64,000 nt of DNA, taken from Magnetospirillaceae bacterium (lineage in GTDB: Bacteria > Pseudomonadota > Alphaproteobacteria > Rhodospirillales > Magnetospirillaceae). Both the position numbers and the translations under genes were made by a program. The notes beneath the pieces are model-generated. The model made no database searches, was not told the DNA's origin, and saw only the letters and a program-made list of their open reading frames with translations. Positions 19,356 to 28,375 of the stretch are shown piece after piece (the stretch's first letter is position 1; the number at the start of each line of letters is the position of its first letter). The stretch is taken from contig JAWLGJ010000007.1 in assembly GCA_041685145.1 (NCBI GenBank), positions 3,513 through 67,512 on the forward strand, given 5' to 3'.

Positions 19356-20216
19356 GTGGGCGGGAAGCAGAAGGCCAAGGCCGCGACGGCACCGGACCTC
19401 GACGCGCTGGACATGTCGGCGCACATCGCCGAACGCAAGGACTACGACTACCGGCTGTCGCAGCTTCAGCATCGGATGCTGCGCATCCAGCAGGCGTATT
19501 TCCACCAGAAGCGCCGCGCCATCATCGTCTTCGAGGGCTGGGACGCCTCGGGCAAGGGCGGCACCATCCGCCGCCTCACCGAGCGCCTGGACCCGCGCGG
19601 CTACAAGGTCTGGCCGATCGCCGCCCCCCGCGAGGAGGAGCAGGGCCGGCACTACCTGTACCGCTTCTGGCGCCGCCTGCCGGAGCCCGGCACCCTGGCC
19701 GTCTTCGACCGCTCGTGGTACGGCCGCGTGCTGGTCGAGCGCGTCGAGGGCCTGGCCGGGCGCGAGGAATGGAAGCGCGCCTATGACGAGATCAACGCCT
19801 TCGAGCGGATGCTGGCCGACGACGGCGTCCGCATCCTCAAGCTGTTCCTGCACATCACCCCCGACGAGCAGCTTGAACGCTTTGCCGAGCGCCTGCGCAA
19901 TCCCTACAAGCGCTGGAAGCTGACCGAGGAAGACATCCGCAACCGCGGCAAATGGCCGCAATACGAAAAGGCGGTGCGCGAGATGTTCGCGCGCACCTCG
20001 ACGCCGAACGCCCCCTGGCACCCCATCGCCGCCAACCAGAAATGGTATGTGCGCCTGGCGGCGCTGGAGCTTATCGCCGAGACGCTGGCGGCGGGGGTCG
20101 AGGTGGTGCCGCCGCCGCTGGACCCCGCCGTCCAGGCCGCCGCCGCCGAACGCCTCGGCCTGCACATCGTCCAGGACATCAAGGTCAAGAAGAGCAAGAA
20201 AAAGCCCAAGACCTGA
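19356..20216 (+). CDS. ppk2: polyphosphate kinase 2 family protein
   Basis: GTG start. IIVFEGWDASGKGG Walker A, then FDRSWYGRVLVERV. Confidence 0.88.
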   Translation: MGGKQKAKAATAPDLDALDMSAHIAERKDYDYRLSQLQHRMLRIQQAYFHQKRRAIIVFEGWDASGKGGTIRRLTERLDPRGYKVWPIAAPREEEQGRHYLYRFWRRLPEPGTLAVFDRSWYGRVLVERVEGLAGREEWKRAYDEINAFERMLADDGVRILKLFLHITPDEQLERFAERLRNPYKRWKLTEEDIRNRGKWPQYEKAVREMFARTSTPNAPWHPIAANQKWYVRLAALELIAETLAAGVEVVPPPLDPAVQAAAAERLGLHIVQDIKVKKSKKKPKT

Positions 20217-20256
20217 GGGCGGGCGCCTTGGCGGCGCGCCAAAGGAGGAAACGATC

Positions 20257-20454
20257 ATGGCCTGCCGCACCTGCCGCTACTGGACCGAGCTTGCCGCCGA
20301 GCCGCCCAGCTTCGAAACCGCGCATCAGCAGGGACTGTGCCGCCGCAATCCGCCGGTGGTGCTGGCGGGGGAACGGCATCGCCTTTGGCCGACCACCCTG
20401 TGGGACGACTGGTGCGGCGAATACGAGCCGTCGCCGTCGGTCGAGGCCGATTAA
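20257..20454 (+). CDS. small (65 aa) four-cysteine hypothetical protein
   Basis: AAAGGAGGA at 20241-20249, 7 nt before ATG 20257. MACRTCRYW...GLCRRNPP...DDWCGEY. High GC3. Confidence 0.6.
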   Translation: MACRTCRYWTELAAEPPSFETAHQQGLCRRNPPVVLAGERHRLWPTTLWDDWCGEYEPSPSVEAD

Positions 20455-20505
20455 AACACCCCTCGCCCCCTGCCACGCGGCGCCCGGCGCGCCTATACTG
20501 CCGCC

Positions 20506-23265
20506 ATGATGGACGCTGCCCCGCCCCCGCGTGTTGCGCTGCCCGACGCCCCGGCGCTGGCCGTGGGCGCGCGCGCGGCGGCGCTGGTGCTTGCCGACGG
20601 CGAGGTGTTGAACCTGCCCCTGGACGAAGCGGCGCGCCACGCCCGCCGCCAGCCGCCGCTGCTGTGCCACGCCCGCGCCGTGGCCGCCCGCCTGGGGGGG
20701 CGGCGCTTCGCGGCCCTGGACGTGCTGGAGCTGTTCGCCTTCGTCCGGCCGGCGGCCTTCTGTCTGCCGACGCCGCGCGGCGTCGCCGCGGCCGTGGGGC
20801 TGCCGCCCCCCGCCGACCTGGAGGACGAGGCGGCGGCGCTGCTGTCGGCGGCGCGGAGGCTGCTGGAGGAACTGGCGGCGCACCCGGCGCGCGGCGCGCA
20901 GGCGGTGGCCTGGACGATGGCGCGGGCCGGCTGGTCGTGGGGGCCGGCGGTGCTGGCCGCCCTGGGCGTGCGGGGCGAGGTGCGGGCCGCGCAGGCGAGC
21001 TTCAGGGTCTGGGAGCGCCTGCCGGAATGGTCCGAGCACGCCCCCGAGCCGCCGTCGGGCAGCGAGCCCGTCGACCCCGCCGAGGCGCGGCGCCGCCTCG
21101 CCGGGCTGCTGGGCGAGGGCGCCGAGCCCCGTCCGCAACAGGCCGACTACGCCTCGGCCGTGTGCGCCGCCTTCGCCCCCCGCGACGAGCCCGGGGTGCC
21201 GCATATGGTGCTGGCCGAGGCCGGCACCGGCACCGGCAAGACGCTGGGCTATGTCGCCCCCGCCAGCCTGTGGGCGGCCAGGAACGGCGGCGCCGTCTGG
21301 ATCAGCACCTACACCCGCAACCTGCAACGCCAGCTCGACGCCGAGCTTGACCGCCTGTTTCCCGACGCCGCCGCCAAGGCGCGGCACATCGTCGTGCGCA
21401 AGGGGCGCGAGAACTATCTGTGCCTGTTGAATTACGAGGAGGCGGTGCGCGGCGCCGGCCTGCTGCCCGAGGACACCCTCGCCCTGGGCCTGATGGCCCG
21501 CTGGCTGGCGGCCACCCGCGACGGCGACATGGTCGGCGGCGACTTCCCCGGCTGGCTGCCCGACCTGGTGGGGCGGCCGCGCACCCTGGGGCTGACCGAC
21601 CGGCGCGGTGAGTGCATCCACGCCGGTTGCCCCCACTACCGCCGCTGCTTCATCGAACGCACCGTGCGCCGGGCGCGGCGCGCCGACATCGTCGTCGCCA
21701 ACCACGCGCTGGTGATGGTGCAGGCGGCGCTGGGGGGCCTGGACGACGGGCATCTGCCGCTGCGCTATGTCTTCGACGAGGGCCACCACGTCTTCGACGC
21801 CGCCGACGGCGCCTTCTCGGCGCATCTGTGCGCCATCGAGACGGCGGAGCTGCGCCGCTGGCTGCTGGGGGCCGAGGAGGGCGCCCGCTCGCGCGCCCGC
21901 GGCATGAAGGCGCGCCTGGAGGATCTGTTGCCGCCGGAGGGCGCGGCGGCGGCCGAGGCCCTCGACGCCGCCCTCGCCGCCGCCCGCGCCCTGCCGGGGC
22001 CGGGCTGGCACCAGCGCCTGTTCGACGCGCATCCGCGCCCGCTCGGCGCCGCCGAGGCCTTCCTCGCCCTGGGGCGGCGGCAGGTCATGGCGCGGGCGCG
22101 CTGGCCCGATTCACCCTACAGCCTGGAGGCGGAAACCGCGCCGCCGGTGGACGGCCTGCCCGCGGCCGCCACCGCCCTGGCGGCGGCGCTGGCGCGGCTG
22201 GAGGAGCCGCTGCGCCGCCTGACGCAGGCGCTGGCGCGCCGCCTGGGCGACGAGGCCGCCGACCTCGACACCGCCACCCGCCAGCGCATCGAGGCCGCCT
22301 GCCGCGGCATCGACCGCCGCGCCCTGCGCCCCCTGGCCGCCTGGCAGGCGATGCTGGCGGCGCTGACGGCGCCGCCGGAGGCGGACTTCGTCGACTGGTT
22401 CGCGGTCGAGCGCATCGACGGCCGCGACATCGACGTCGGGCTCCATCGCCACTGGGTCGACCCCACGCGCCCATTCGCGCAGGCGGTGGCGATGCCCGCG
22501 CACGGGGTTCTGGTCACCTCGGCAACGCTGCGCGACGGCTCCGGCGACCTGGAGGCCGACTGGCGGGCGGCGGAGCGGCGCACCGGCGCCGCCCATCTGC
22601 CGGCGCTGGCGGTGCGGGCGGCGGTGCCCTCGCCCTTCGACTATGCGGCGCAGACGCGGGTGCTGGTCGTCACCGACGTGCGCAAGGACGACATGGCCCA
22701 GGTGGCGGCCGCCTATCGCGACCTGTTCCGCGCCGCCGGCGGCGGGGCGCTGGGCCTGTTCACCGCCATCTCGCGGCTGAAGGCGGTGCACCGCCACATC
22801 GCCGCCCCGCTGGAGGAGGCGGGCGTGGCGCTGCTGGCGCAGCATGTCGACGGCCTCGACACCAGCGCCCTGGTCGACATCTTCCGCGCCGAGGAGGACG
22901 CCTGCCTGCTGGGCACCGACGCGGTGCGCGACGGCGTCGACGTTCCCGGCCGCTCGCTGCGCCTGATCGTCTTCGACCGCGTGCCCTGGCCGCGCCCCGA
23001 CATCGTGCACAAGGCGCGCCGCGCCGCCTTCGGCGGGCGGGCCTATGACGACATGATCACCCGCCTGCGGCTGAAGCAGGCCTTCGGGCGGCTGGTGCGC
23101 CGCGCCGATGACAAGGGGGTTTTCGTGCTGCTGGACCCGATGATGCCCAGCCGCCTGCTGGGCGCCTTTCCCGAGGGCGTCGCCGCGCAACGGCTGGGTC
23201 TGGCGGAGGCCGTGACAGCGGTGGCGCGCTTTCTGGGCAGCCGTGACGACCGCAAGGGGGATTGA
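20506..23265 (+). CDS. ATP-dependent DNA helicase, DinG/XPD (Rad3) family
   Basis: Walker A AGTGTGKTLGY and DEGHH box. Cys-rich insert CLLNYEE...CIHAGCPHYRRC (Fe-S-like). C-terminal helicase-C2-type motifs (GTDAVRDGVDVPG). Confidence 0.85.
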   Translation: MMDAAPPPRVALPDAPALAVGARAAALVLADGEVLNLPLDEAARHARRQPPLLCHARAVAARLGGRRFAALDVLELFAFVRPAAFCLPTPRGVAAAVGLPPPADLEDEAAALLSAARRLLEELAAHPARGAQAVAWTMARAGWSWGPAVLAALGVRGEVRAAQASFRVWERLPEWSEHAPEPPSGSEPVDPAEARRRLAGLLGEGAEPRPQQADYASAVCAAFAPRDEPGVPHMVLAEAGTGTGKTLGYVAPASLWAARNGGAVWISTYTRNLQRQLDAELDRLFPDAAAKARHIVVRKGRENYLCLLNYEEAVRGAGLLPEDTLALGLMARWLAATRDGDMVGGDFPGWLPDLVGRPRTLGLTDRRGECIHAGCPHYRRCFIERTVRRARRADIVVANHALVMVQAALGGLDDGHLPLRYVFDEGHHVFDAADGAFSAHLCAIETAELRRWLLGAEEGARSRARGMKARLEDLLPPEGAAAAEALDAALAAARALPGPGWHQRLFDAHPRPLGAAEAFLALGRRQVMARARWPDSPYSLEAETAPPVDGLPAAATALAAALARLEEPLRRLTQALARRLGDEAADLDTATRQRIEAACRGIDRRALRPLAAWQAMLAALTAPPEADFVDWFAVERIDGRDIDVGLHRHWVDPTRPFAQAVAMPAHGVLVTSATLRDGSGDLEADWRAAERRTGAAHLPALAVRAAVPSPFDYAAQTRVLVVTDVRKDDMAQVAAAYRDLFRAAGGGALGLFTAISRLKAVHRHIAAPLEEAGVALLAQHVDGLDTSALVDIFRAEEDACLLGTDAVRDGVDVPGRSLRLIVFDRVPWPRPDIVHKARRAAFGGRAYDDMITRLRLKQAFGRLVRRADDKGVFVLLDPMMPSRLLGAFPEGVAAQRLGLAEAVTAVARFLGSRDDRKGD

Positions 23266-23322
23266 CGGGCGGTGGCGCTTTCGCCTTACAAAGGAACCCC
23301 GTCCTCCGGCCACGAGGGATAC

Positions 23323-23727
23323 ATGGTCAGCGAACAAGCGGCCCTGGTCTATACGATGGTGCTGGTATCGGCCGCCGACGGCCGTATGACCGACATGGAG
23401 ATGCGCACCATCGGCGACATGGTGGGGCACCTGCCGGCCTTCCGGGACTACGACACCGACCTGCTGCCGCGCACCCTGGAGGCCTGCGCCGAGATTCTCG
23501 ACGCCGAGGACGGCCTGGAGCAGGCCCTTGCCCTGATCAAGGCCACGCTGCCGGAGCCGCTGCGCGAGACCGCCTACACGCTGGCCTGCGACCTGGTGGC
23601 GGCGGAAGGCTCGGCAACGCAGGAAACCTTGCGGCTGCTGGAGATTCTCCGCCACCGCCTGGACCTGGACCGGCTGATTGCCGCCGCCATCGAGCGTGGC
23701 TCGCGGGCGCGGTACGCCACCCTATGA
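23323..23727 (+). CDS. TerB-family (tellurite-resistance-like) protein
   Basis: GAGGGA precedes ATG 23323. ...MVLVSAADGRMTDMEMRTIGDMV... helical TerB-like pattern. Stop overlaps the next ATG (ATGA). Confidence 0.7.
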   Translation: MVSEQAALVYTMVLVSAADGRMTDMEMRTIGDMVGHLPAFRDYDTDLLPRTLEACAEILDAEDGLEQALALIKATLPEPLRETAYTLACDLVAAEGSATQETLRLLEILRHRLDLDRLIAAAIERGSRARYATL

Positions 23728-24623
23728 CGGCCCGCCCCGACCTCGGCGGCCGCACCCTCGGCTTCGTCGGCCTGGGGATCATGGGCCGGCCGATGAGCCG
23801 CCACCTCCAGGCCGCCGGCGCCCACATGGTGGTGCACAACCGCAGCCGCGCCCCCCTTGACGAGGCGGAGCGCCTGGGCATGACGGCGGCGGCGAGCCCC
23901 CGCGCGGTGGCCGAGCAGGCCGACGCGGTGGTGCTGATGGTCGCCGACACGCCGGCGGTCGAGGCGGTGCTGCTGGGGCCGGACGGCGTCGTCGCGGGAC
24001 TGCGGCCGGGCGGCCTGGTCATCGACATGGGCACCACCGCCGTCACCCCCACCCGCCGTTTCGCCGCACGGGTGGCCGAGGCCGGCGGCGCCTATGTGGA
24101 CGCGCCGGTGTCCGGCGGCCAGCCGGGGGCCGAGGCCGCCCGCCTGACCATCATGGCCGGCGGCGGCGACGACGCCTTCGCGCGGGCGCTGCCGCTGTTC
24201 CAGGTGCTGGGGACCACCATCACCCATGTCGGCGGCGTCGGCGCCGGGCAGGTGGCGAAGGCCGCCAACCAGGTCATCGTCGGCCTGAACATCGGCGCCG
24301 TCGCCGAGGCGATGGCGCTGGCGGCGCGGGCGGGGGTCGATCCGGCCAAGCTGCGCACCGCCCTGATGGGCGGCTTCGCCGCCTCGCGGGTGCTGGAGGT
24401 GCATGGCGAGCGCATGATCCGCAATGACTTCCAGCCCGGCGGCAAGGTCACCACCCAGCGCAAGGATCTGGCCCAGGCCCTGGATCTGGCCGCCGAACTG
24501 GGCCTGGACCTGCCGGCGACGCGCCTCAACATGCAGCTTTACGACCGCCTCGTCGACGCCGGCGACGGCGGCCTCGACCACGCGGCCCTGGTGCGGCTCT
24601 ACGGCTGGGACGCCGGGGACTGA
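23724..24623 (+). CDS. NAD(P)-dependent oxidoreductase, 3-hydroxyisobutyrate / 2-hydroxy-3-oxopropionate reductase family
   Basis: Rossmann motif GFVGLGIMGRPM, plus DAPVSGG and GAGQVAKAANQ. Confidence 0.88.
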   Translation: MTARPDLGGRTLGFVGLGIMGRPMSRHLQAAGAHMVVHNRSRAPLDEAERLGMTAAASPRAVAEQADAVVLMVADTPAVEAVLLGPDGVVAGLRPGGLVIDMGTTAVTPTRRFAARVAEAGGAYVDAPVSGGQPGAEAARLTIMAGGGDDAFARALPLFQVLGTTITHVGGVGAGQVAKAANQVIVGLNIGAVAEAMALAARAGVDPAKLRTALMGGFAASRVLEVHGERMIRNDFQPGGKVTTQRKDLAQALDLAAELGLDLPATRLNMQLYDRLVDAGDGGLDHAALVRLYGWDAGD

Positions 24624-25189
24624 GGCGTTATCGGCTCGCTCCGGCCGCCGTTGAGTCGCTCCGCCTCCAGGGCGTCGGCTAGCCGCAGGATGCGGTGCAG
24701 GCGCCCCTCGCGGATGCCCAGCGCGTCCAGATGGGTGATGGTGTTGGCGAAATACTCGCGGCTGGTGCCCTTGTCGCCGACGCCGCCGGCGATGATGCGC
24801 GCCGCCTCGGCGTCGCTCAGGCCGCCGGCGTATTGCGGGTGGTCGCGCCGCACCACGAAGGCCACCGCCCGCGCCCGCCGCCCGTCGCCGAGGCGCAGCG
24901 GCGGCACCGCCGGGCGGTAGACGCGGGTGATCATCTCGCGCTCCACCAGATATTCCCAGACATGATGGCGATGCTCCTCGGCCACGCGGTAGGCGATGCC
25001 GCGGCACGACCCGCCGCGATCCAGCCCCACCACCAGGCCGGGGCGTTCCGGCGTGCCGCGATACCGGATCGCCAGCACACAGGGCGCGCGGTGGTAACCG
25101 TGCAGCAGGGCGGGCACGCGCTCGACGAACGCGAAATCCGGCCGCCACATCAGCGAGCCGTAGGCGAACACCCACAATGGTCGCTCCAT
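24599..25189 (-). CDS. chaC: gamma-glutamylcyclotransferase, ChaC family
   Basis: Start ATG 25189 (MERPLWVFAYGSLMW) and ChaC-like core. The rest of the 577-aa track ORF is a shadow frame. Confidence 0.85.
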   Translation of the reverse strand: MERPLWVFAYGSLMWRPDFAFVERVPALLHGYHRAPCVLAIRYRGTPERPGLVVGLDRGGSCRGIAYRVAEEHRHHVWEYLVEREMITRVYRPAVPPLRLGDGRRARAVAFVVRRDHPQYAGGLSDAEAARIIAGGVGDKGTSREYFANTITHLDALGIREGRLHRILRLADALEAERLNGGRSEPITPQSPASQP

Positions 25190-25288
25190 GCCCCTCACCC
25201 TAACGCGGGGACGCCACCGGCGGAAGGGCGCGTTGCGGGCGCCGGGGCCTTCTGCTATCGCTGACGGCGCAAGCATTGGGAGGAAGTC

Positions 25289-26305
25289 GTGCGGCGCCCA
25301 CGCAGCCTGCTGCTGGCCCTTCTGGTCGCCATCACCGCCACGACCGCCGGCTACGCGGTCTATTGGCACCGGCTGGCGAGTGGCATCGAGGAGGGCATCG
25401 CCCGCTGGGCCGACGAGCGGCGGGCCGAGGGCTGGGCGGTGGCCTACGGCACCCCCCGCACCGGCGGTTTTCCCGGCGCCATCGAGGTGAGCGTGGACGA
25501 GCCGCTGGTGGCGGCGCCCGACGGCCTGCGCTGGGAAACCGGCCGCATCGTCGCCCATGTGCCGCCGCATGATCCCGGCAACGTCACCCTGGTCTTCACC
25601 GGCGCCCACCGGCTGGCCTCGCCCGACCTGCCGGGCCCCCTGGCGCTGTCGCCCGACGCCGCCACCGGCCGCTTGCGCCTGGACGCCGGCGGCCGCCCGC
25701 GCGCGGCCGAACTGCGCCTGACCGGGGTGGAGGCGGCGGCGCCCGGCGTCGCCGGGCGGGCGGCGACGGTGATCGCCACCCTTGAGGAGGCCGACATCGA
25801 CAGCCCCGCCTTCCTGACCCTGTGGGTGCATGACCTGGAATGGCAGGCGCCGCTCCACGCGGCGGCGGCGCTGCCGGCGCGGGTGGAATCGCTGCGGCTG
25901 CGGCTGCGCGTCGATCCCGTGCCCACCCTGGAGGCGGCGCCGGCGCGGGCGGCGACGGCCTGGCGCGACGGCGGCGGCGTCGTGGAGGTGCAGGAACTGT
26001 CGCTGGTGTGGCAGCCGCTGACGGTCCACGCCGAGGGACGCCTGAGCCTGGACGAGCGCCTGCAGCCGGCCATGATCCTCGACGCGGCCATTACGGGGTT
26101 GGACGAGGTCGTGCGCCGGCTGAGCGAGGCCGGGCGCCTCGACGACGGCCAGGCCCGGACCGCGCAGACGGTCCTGACCCTGCTGGCACGGCCGCGCGAG
26201 GACGGGCGGCCGGTGCTGCAGGCGCCGGTGGCGCTGCGCGACGGGCGGCTGTTCCTGGGCCCCGTGGCGGTGGCGCGCGTACCCCACCTCGATTGGCAGA
26301 AGTAA
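25289..26305 (+). CDS. membrane-anchored hypothetical protein (DUF2125-like)
   Basis: GGGAGGAAG precedes GTG 25289. N-terminal anchor LLLALLVAITATTAGYAVYW. Coding-type GC3. The family assignment is from memory only. Confidence 0.65.
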   Translation: MRRPRSLLLALLVAITATTAGYAVYWHRLASGIEEGIARWADERRAEGWAVAYGTPRTGGFPGAIEVSVDEPLVAAPDGLRWETGRIVAHVPPHDPGNVTLVFTGAHRLASPDLPGPLALSPDAATGRLRLDAGGRPRAAELRLTGVEAAAPGVAGRAATVIATLEEADIDSPAFLTLWVHDLEWQAPLHAAAALPARVESLRLRLRVDPVPTLEAAPARAATAWRDGGGVVEVQELSLVWQPLTVHAEGRLSLDERLQPAMILDAAITGLDEVVRRLSEAGRLDDGQARTAQTVLTLLARPREDGRPVLQAPVALRDGRLFLGPVAVARVPHLDWQK

Positions 26306-26405
26306 CAGCATCCGCATTATTGTCAGCATCATCTGGTTCTGCTTTTATTCATGCTGCTTCCACTCCAGAAGATGCCGCCCATCAGGGGTTTATATCTTCG
26401 CGTTA

Positions 26406-26433
26406 TTGACCGGCAACTCCACTGTGCCATAAG
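26406..26433 (+). promoter_or_regulatory. candidate promoter for the sulfotransferase-like ORF
   Basis: TTGACC (26406-26411), 16-nt spacer, CATAAG (26428-26433), inside an AT-rich intergenic islet. Confidence 0.35.
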
Positions 26434-26465
26434 CTCGCCGACAAGGCCGGCAGCGGAGGTCGACG

Positions 26466-27275
26466 GTGGTCAATGGCTGCGAGATCAGGCTCACCGGAAT
26501 GTCGCGCAGCGGCAATCACGCCATCATCAACTGGATTTGGCGCCAGGCGGAGGGGCGCAAATGCCTGTTGAACTGCGCCGAGGGCGGAACCAACCCGTTC
26601 GCAAGCTGCCGTCCCCTCGATGACGGCCGCCCCTGGCGGGTCAATTACGGCGACTTCGACATCGCCGCCGAGCGGCGGGGCCGCTTCTCGGCCAAGGATC
26701 TGCTGGTGCACAGCTACGAGGACACCTTCCTCGCGCGCGTCTACAACGGCGCCTTCGAGTCCCAGCACGACGCCCTGGTGGGGCCGACGCGGCGGCGCGT
26801 CGACGTCCTGGTTCTGCGCGATCCTTTCAATTTGTTCGCCAGCCGCCGCGCGCTTGCCGCCAGCCCGGTGACGCCGCGGGCGGCGCTGCGGGTGTGGAAG
26901 CAGCACGCCCGCGAGTTCCTGGGCGAGCGCGGCTACCTGCGCCACGACCGCCTGACGATCAGCTACAACCGCTGGGTTTGTGACCGCGCCTATCGCGCCG
27001 GACTGGCGGCGCGGCTGGGGCTGGGCTTCAGCGACAGCGGCATCGACGCCGTCACCGCCTGCGCCGGCGGCAGTTCCTTCGACGGTCTGGCCTATGACGG
27101 CGACGCCGGCCGGATGCGGGTCTTCGACCGCTGGCGGCATTTCCTCGACGACGCGGAGTATTGGGCGCTGTTCGACGAGGCAACGGTGGCGCTGGCCCGG
27201 CGGATTTTCGGCGCCGCCACCCCCACCCTTGCCTGGGTGGCCTGGCGGCGCGGCGAACGGCCGCTCCCCAACTGA
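26466..27275 (+). CDS. hypothetical protein, sulfotransferase-fold candidate
   Basis: GGAGG at 26455-26459 precedes GTG 26466. LTGMSRSGNHAIINWI resembles the PAPS 5'-phosphosulfate loop. VLVLRDPFNLFASR resembles the 3'-phosphate motif. Coding-type codon usage. Confidence 0.6.
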   Translation: MVNGCEIRLTGMSRSGNHAIINWIWRQAEGRKCLLNCAEGGTNPFASCRPLDDGRPWRVNYGDFDIAAERRGRFSAKDLLVHSYEDTFLARVYNGAFESQHDALVGPTRRRVDVLVLRDPFNLFASRRALAASPVTPRAALRVWKQHAREFLGERGYLRHDRLTISYNRWVCDRAYRAGLAARLGLGFSDSGIDAVTACAGGSSFDGLAYDGDAGRMRVFDRWRHFLDDAEYWALFDEATVALARRIFGAATPTLAWVAWRRGERPLPN

Positions 27276-27279
27276 GGCG

Positions 27280-28371
27280 TCAGATCAGCCGCGCCGGCGA
27301 CAGCGCCGCCGCATCGTCCCGCCGGTGCGCCGGCGTCCGGCCCGCGATCAGGTCCGCGGCCAGCGCGGCCAGTTCCGGGGCCGCCTCGATGCCGTGCCCC
27401 CCCTGGCCCGCGAACCAGAAAAAACCCTCGGCGCGCGGGTCGTGGCCCACCACCGGCAGCTCGTCGGCGGCGAAGGTGCGCAGCCCCGCCCAGGCGCGGG
27501 GAATCGCCGTCACCCGCAGCGTCGTCGCGGCCTCGACACGATGGGCGGCGAGGGCGATGTCGAGTTCCTCGGGCCGCGCGTCGCAGGGCGGCGAGGGCGC
27601 GGCGTCGGCGGGGCTGGCCAACAGGCGGCCGCGCTCGGGCTTCATGTAGAAGCTTTCGCCCGGACCGACGACGAAGGGCATGGCTTCGGGAAGGGGGGCG
27701 CCCGCCACGGTGGCGACGATCATGGTACGCCGGCGCGGCTGCAAGCCCAGCGGCGACAGTCCCGCCAGCGCCGCCACCGCGTCCGCCCAGGCCCCGGCGG
27801 CGTTGACCACCGTCGCCGCCGTCACCGCCCCCTGCGGCGTCTTCAGGTGCCAGTGGCCGTCCAGCCGCAACAGACCCGTCACCGGCGCGTTCAGGCGCAC
27901 CCGCGCCCCGCGCGCGCGGGCACCGCGCCGGAAGCCCTCGACGATTTCGTGGACATGCAGGTCGCGGGCGGCGGGCTCGTGAAGCGCCGTCGCCGCCGGC
28001 CGCAGCACCGGGCATAGGGCTCGCAGCGCGGCGCCGGCCACCACCTCGACGCCCTCCTCCGCCGCCTCGGGCGCGGCTTCCCGCAACAGCAGCAGCCCGC
28101 GCGGCCCCACCAGCGGCGTGGGGGAAAACCCCTCCGGCGGCGATTCGTAGAACGCCCGGCTGGCCCGCGTCAGGCGGCGCAGCAGCGGCGGGCCGTGCTG
28201 TTCGGAGAGGATGGCCGCCGAGCGCCCGGTGGCGTGGGAGGCGGGCAGGGCCTCGCTCTCCAGCACCACCACGTCATGAGCCGCCGCCAGCCGCCAGGCC
28301 AGCGACAGCCCGGCGATGCCGCCGCCGACGATGGCGACGTCGGCGGGAGCATTGTCGCCGGTGTCGGCCAC
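27280..28371 (-). CDS. FAD-dependent oxidoreductase (DAO / glycine-D-amino-acid oxidase family)
   Basis: Dinucleotide motif VAIVGGGIAGLSLAWRL, and C-terminal GQGGHGI. Confidence 0.85.
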   Translation of the reverse strand: MADTGDNAPADVAIVGGGIAGLSLAWRLAAAHDVVVLESEALPASHATGRSAAILSEQHGPPLLRRLTRASRAFYESPPEGFSPTPLVGPRGLLLLREAAPEAAEEGVEVVAGAALRALCPVLRPAATALHEPAARDLHVHEIVEGFRRGARARGARVRLNAPVTGLLRLDGHWHLKTPQGAVTAATVVNAAGAWADAVAALAGLSPLGLQPRRRTMIVATVAGAPLPEAMPFVVGPGESFYMKPERGRLLASPADAAPSPPCDARPEELDIALAAHRVEAATTLRVTAIPRAWAGLRTFAADELPVVGHDPRAEGFFWFAGQGGHGIEAAPELAALAADLIAGRTPAHRRDDAAALSPARLI

Positions 28372-28375
28372 CGCC

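Noticed and set aside
17739-20270. 843-aa minus-strand ORF over rplI 3' end, cfa and ppk2 (similar cases at 15887-18139, 20185-22032, 59245-61764, 575-2263, 3261-5216, 51619-53904, 53756-55471)
   Set aside because: All are opposite or out of frame to genes with clear family motifs, and all have Arg/Pro/Gly/Ala-dominated composition. Treated as non-coding shadow ORFs.
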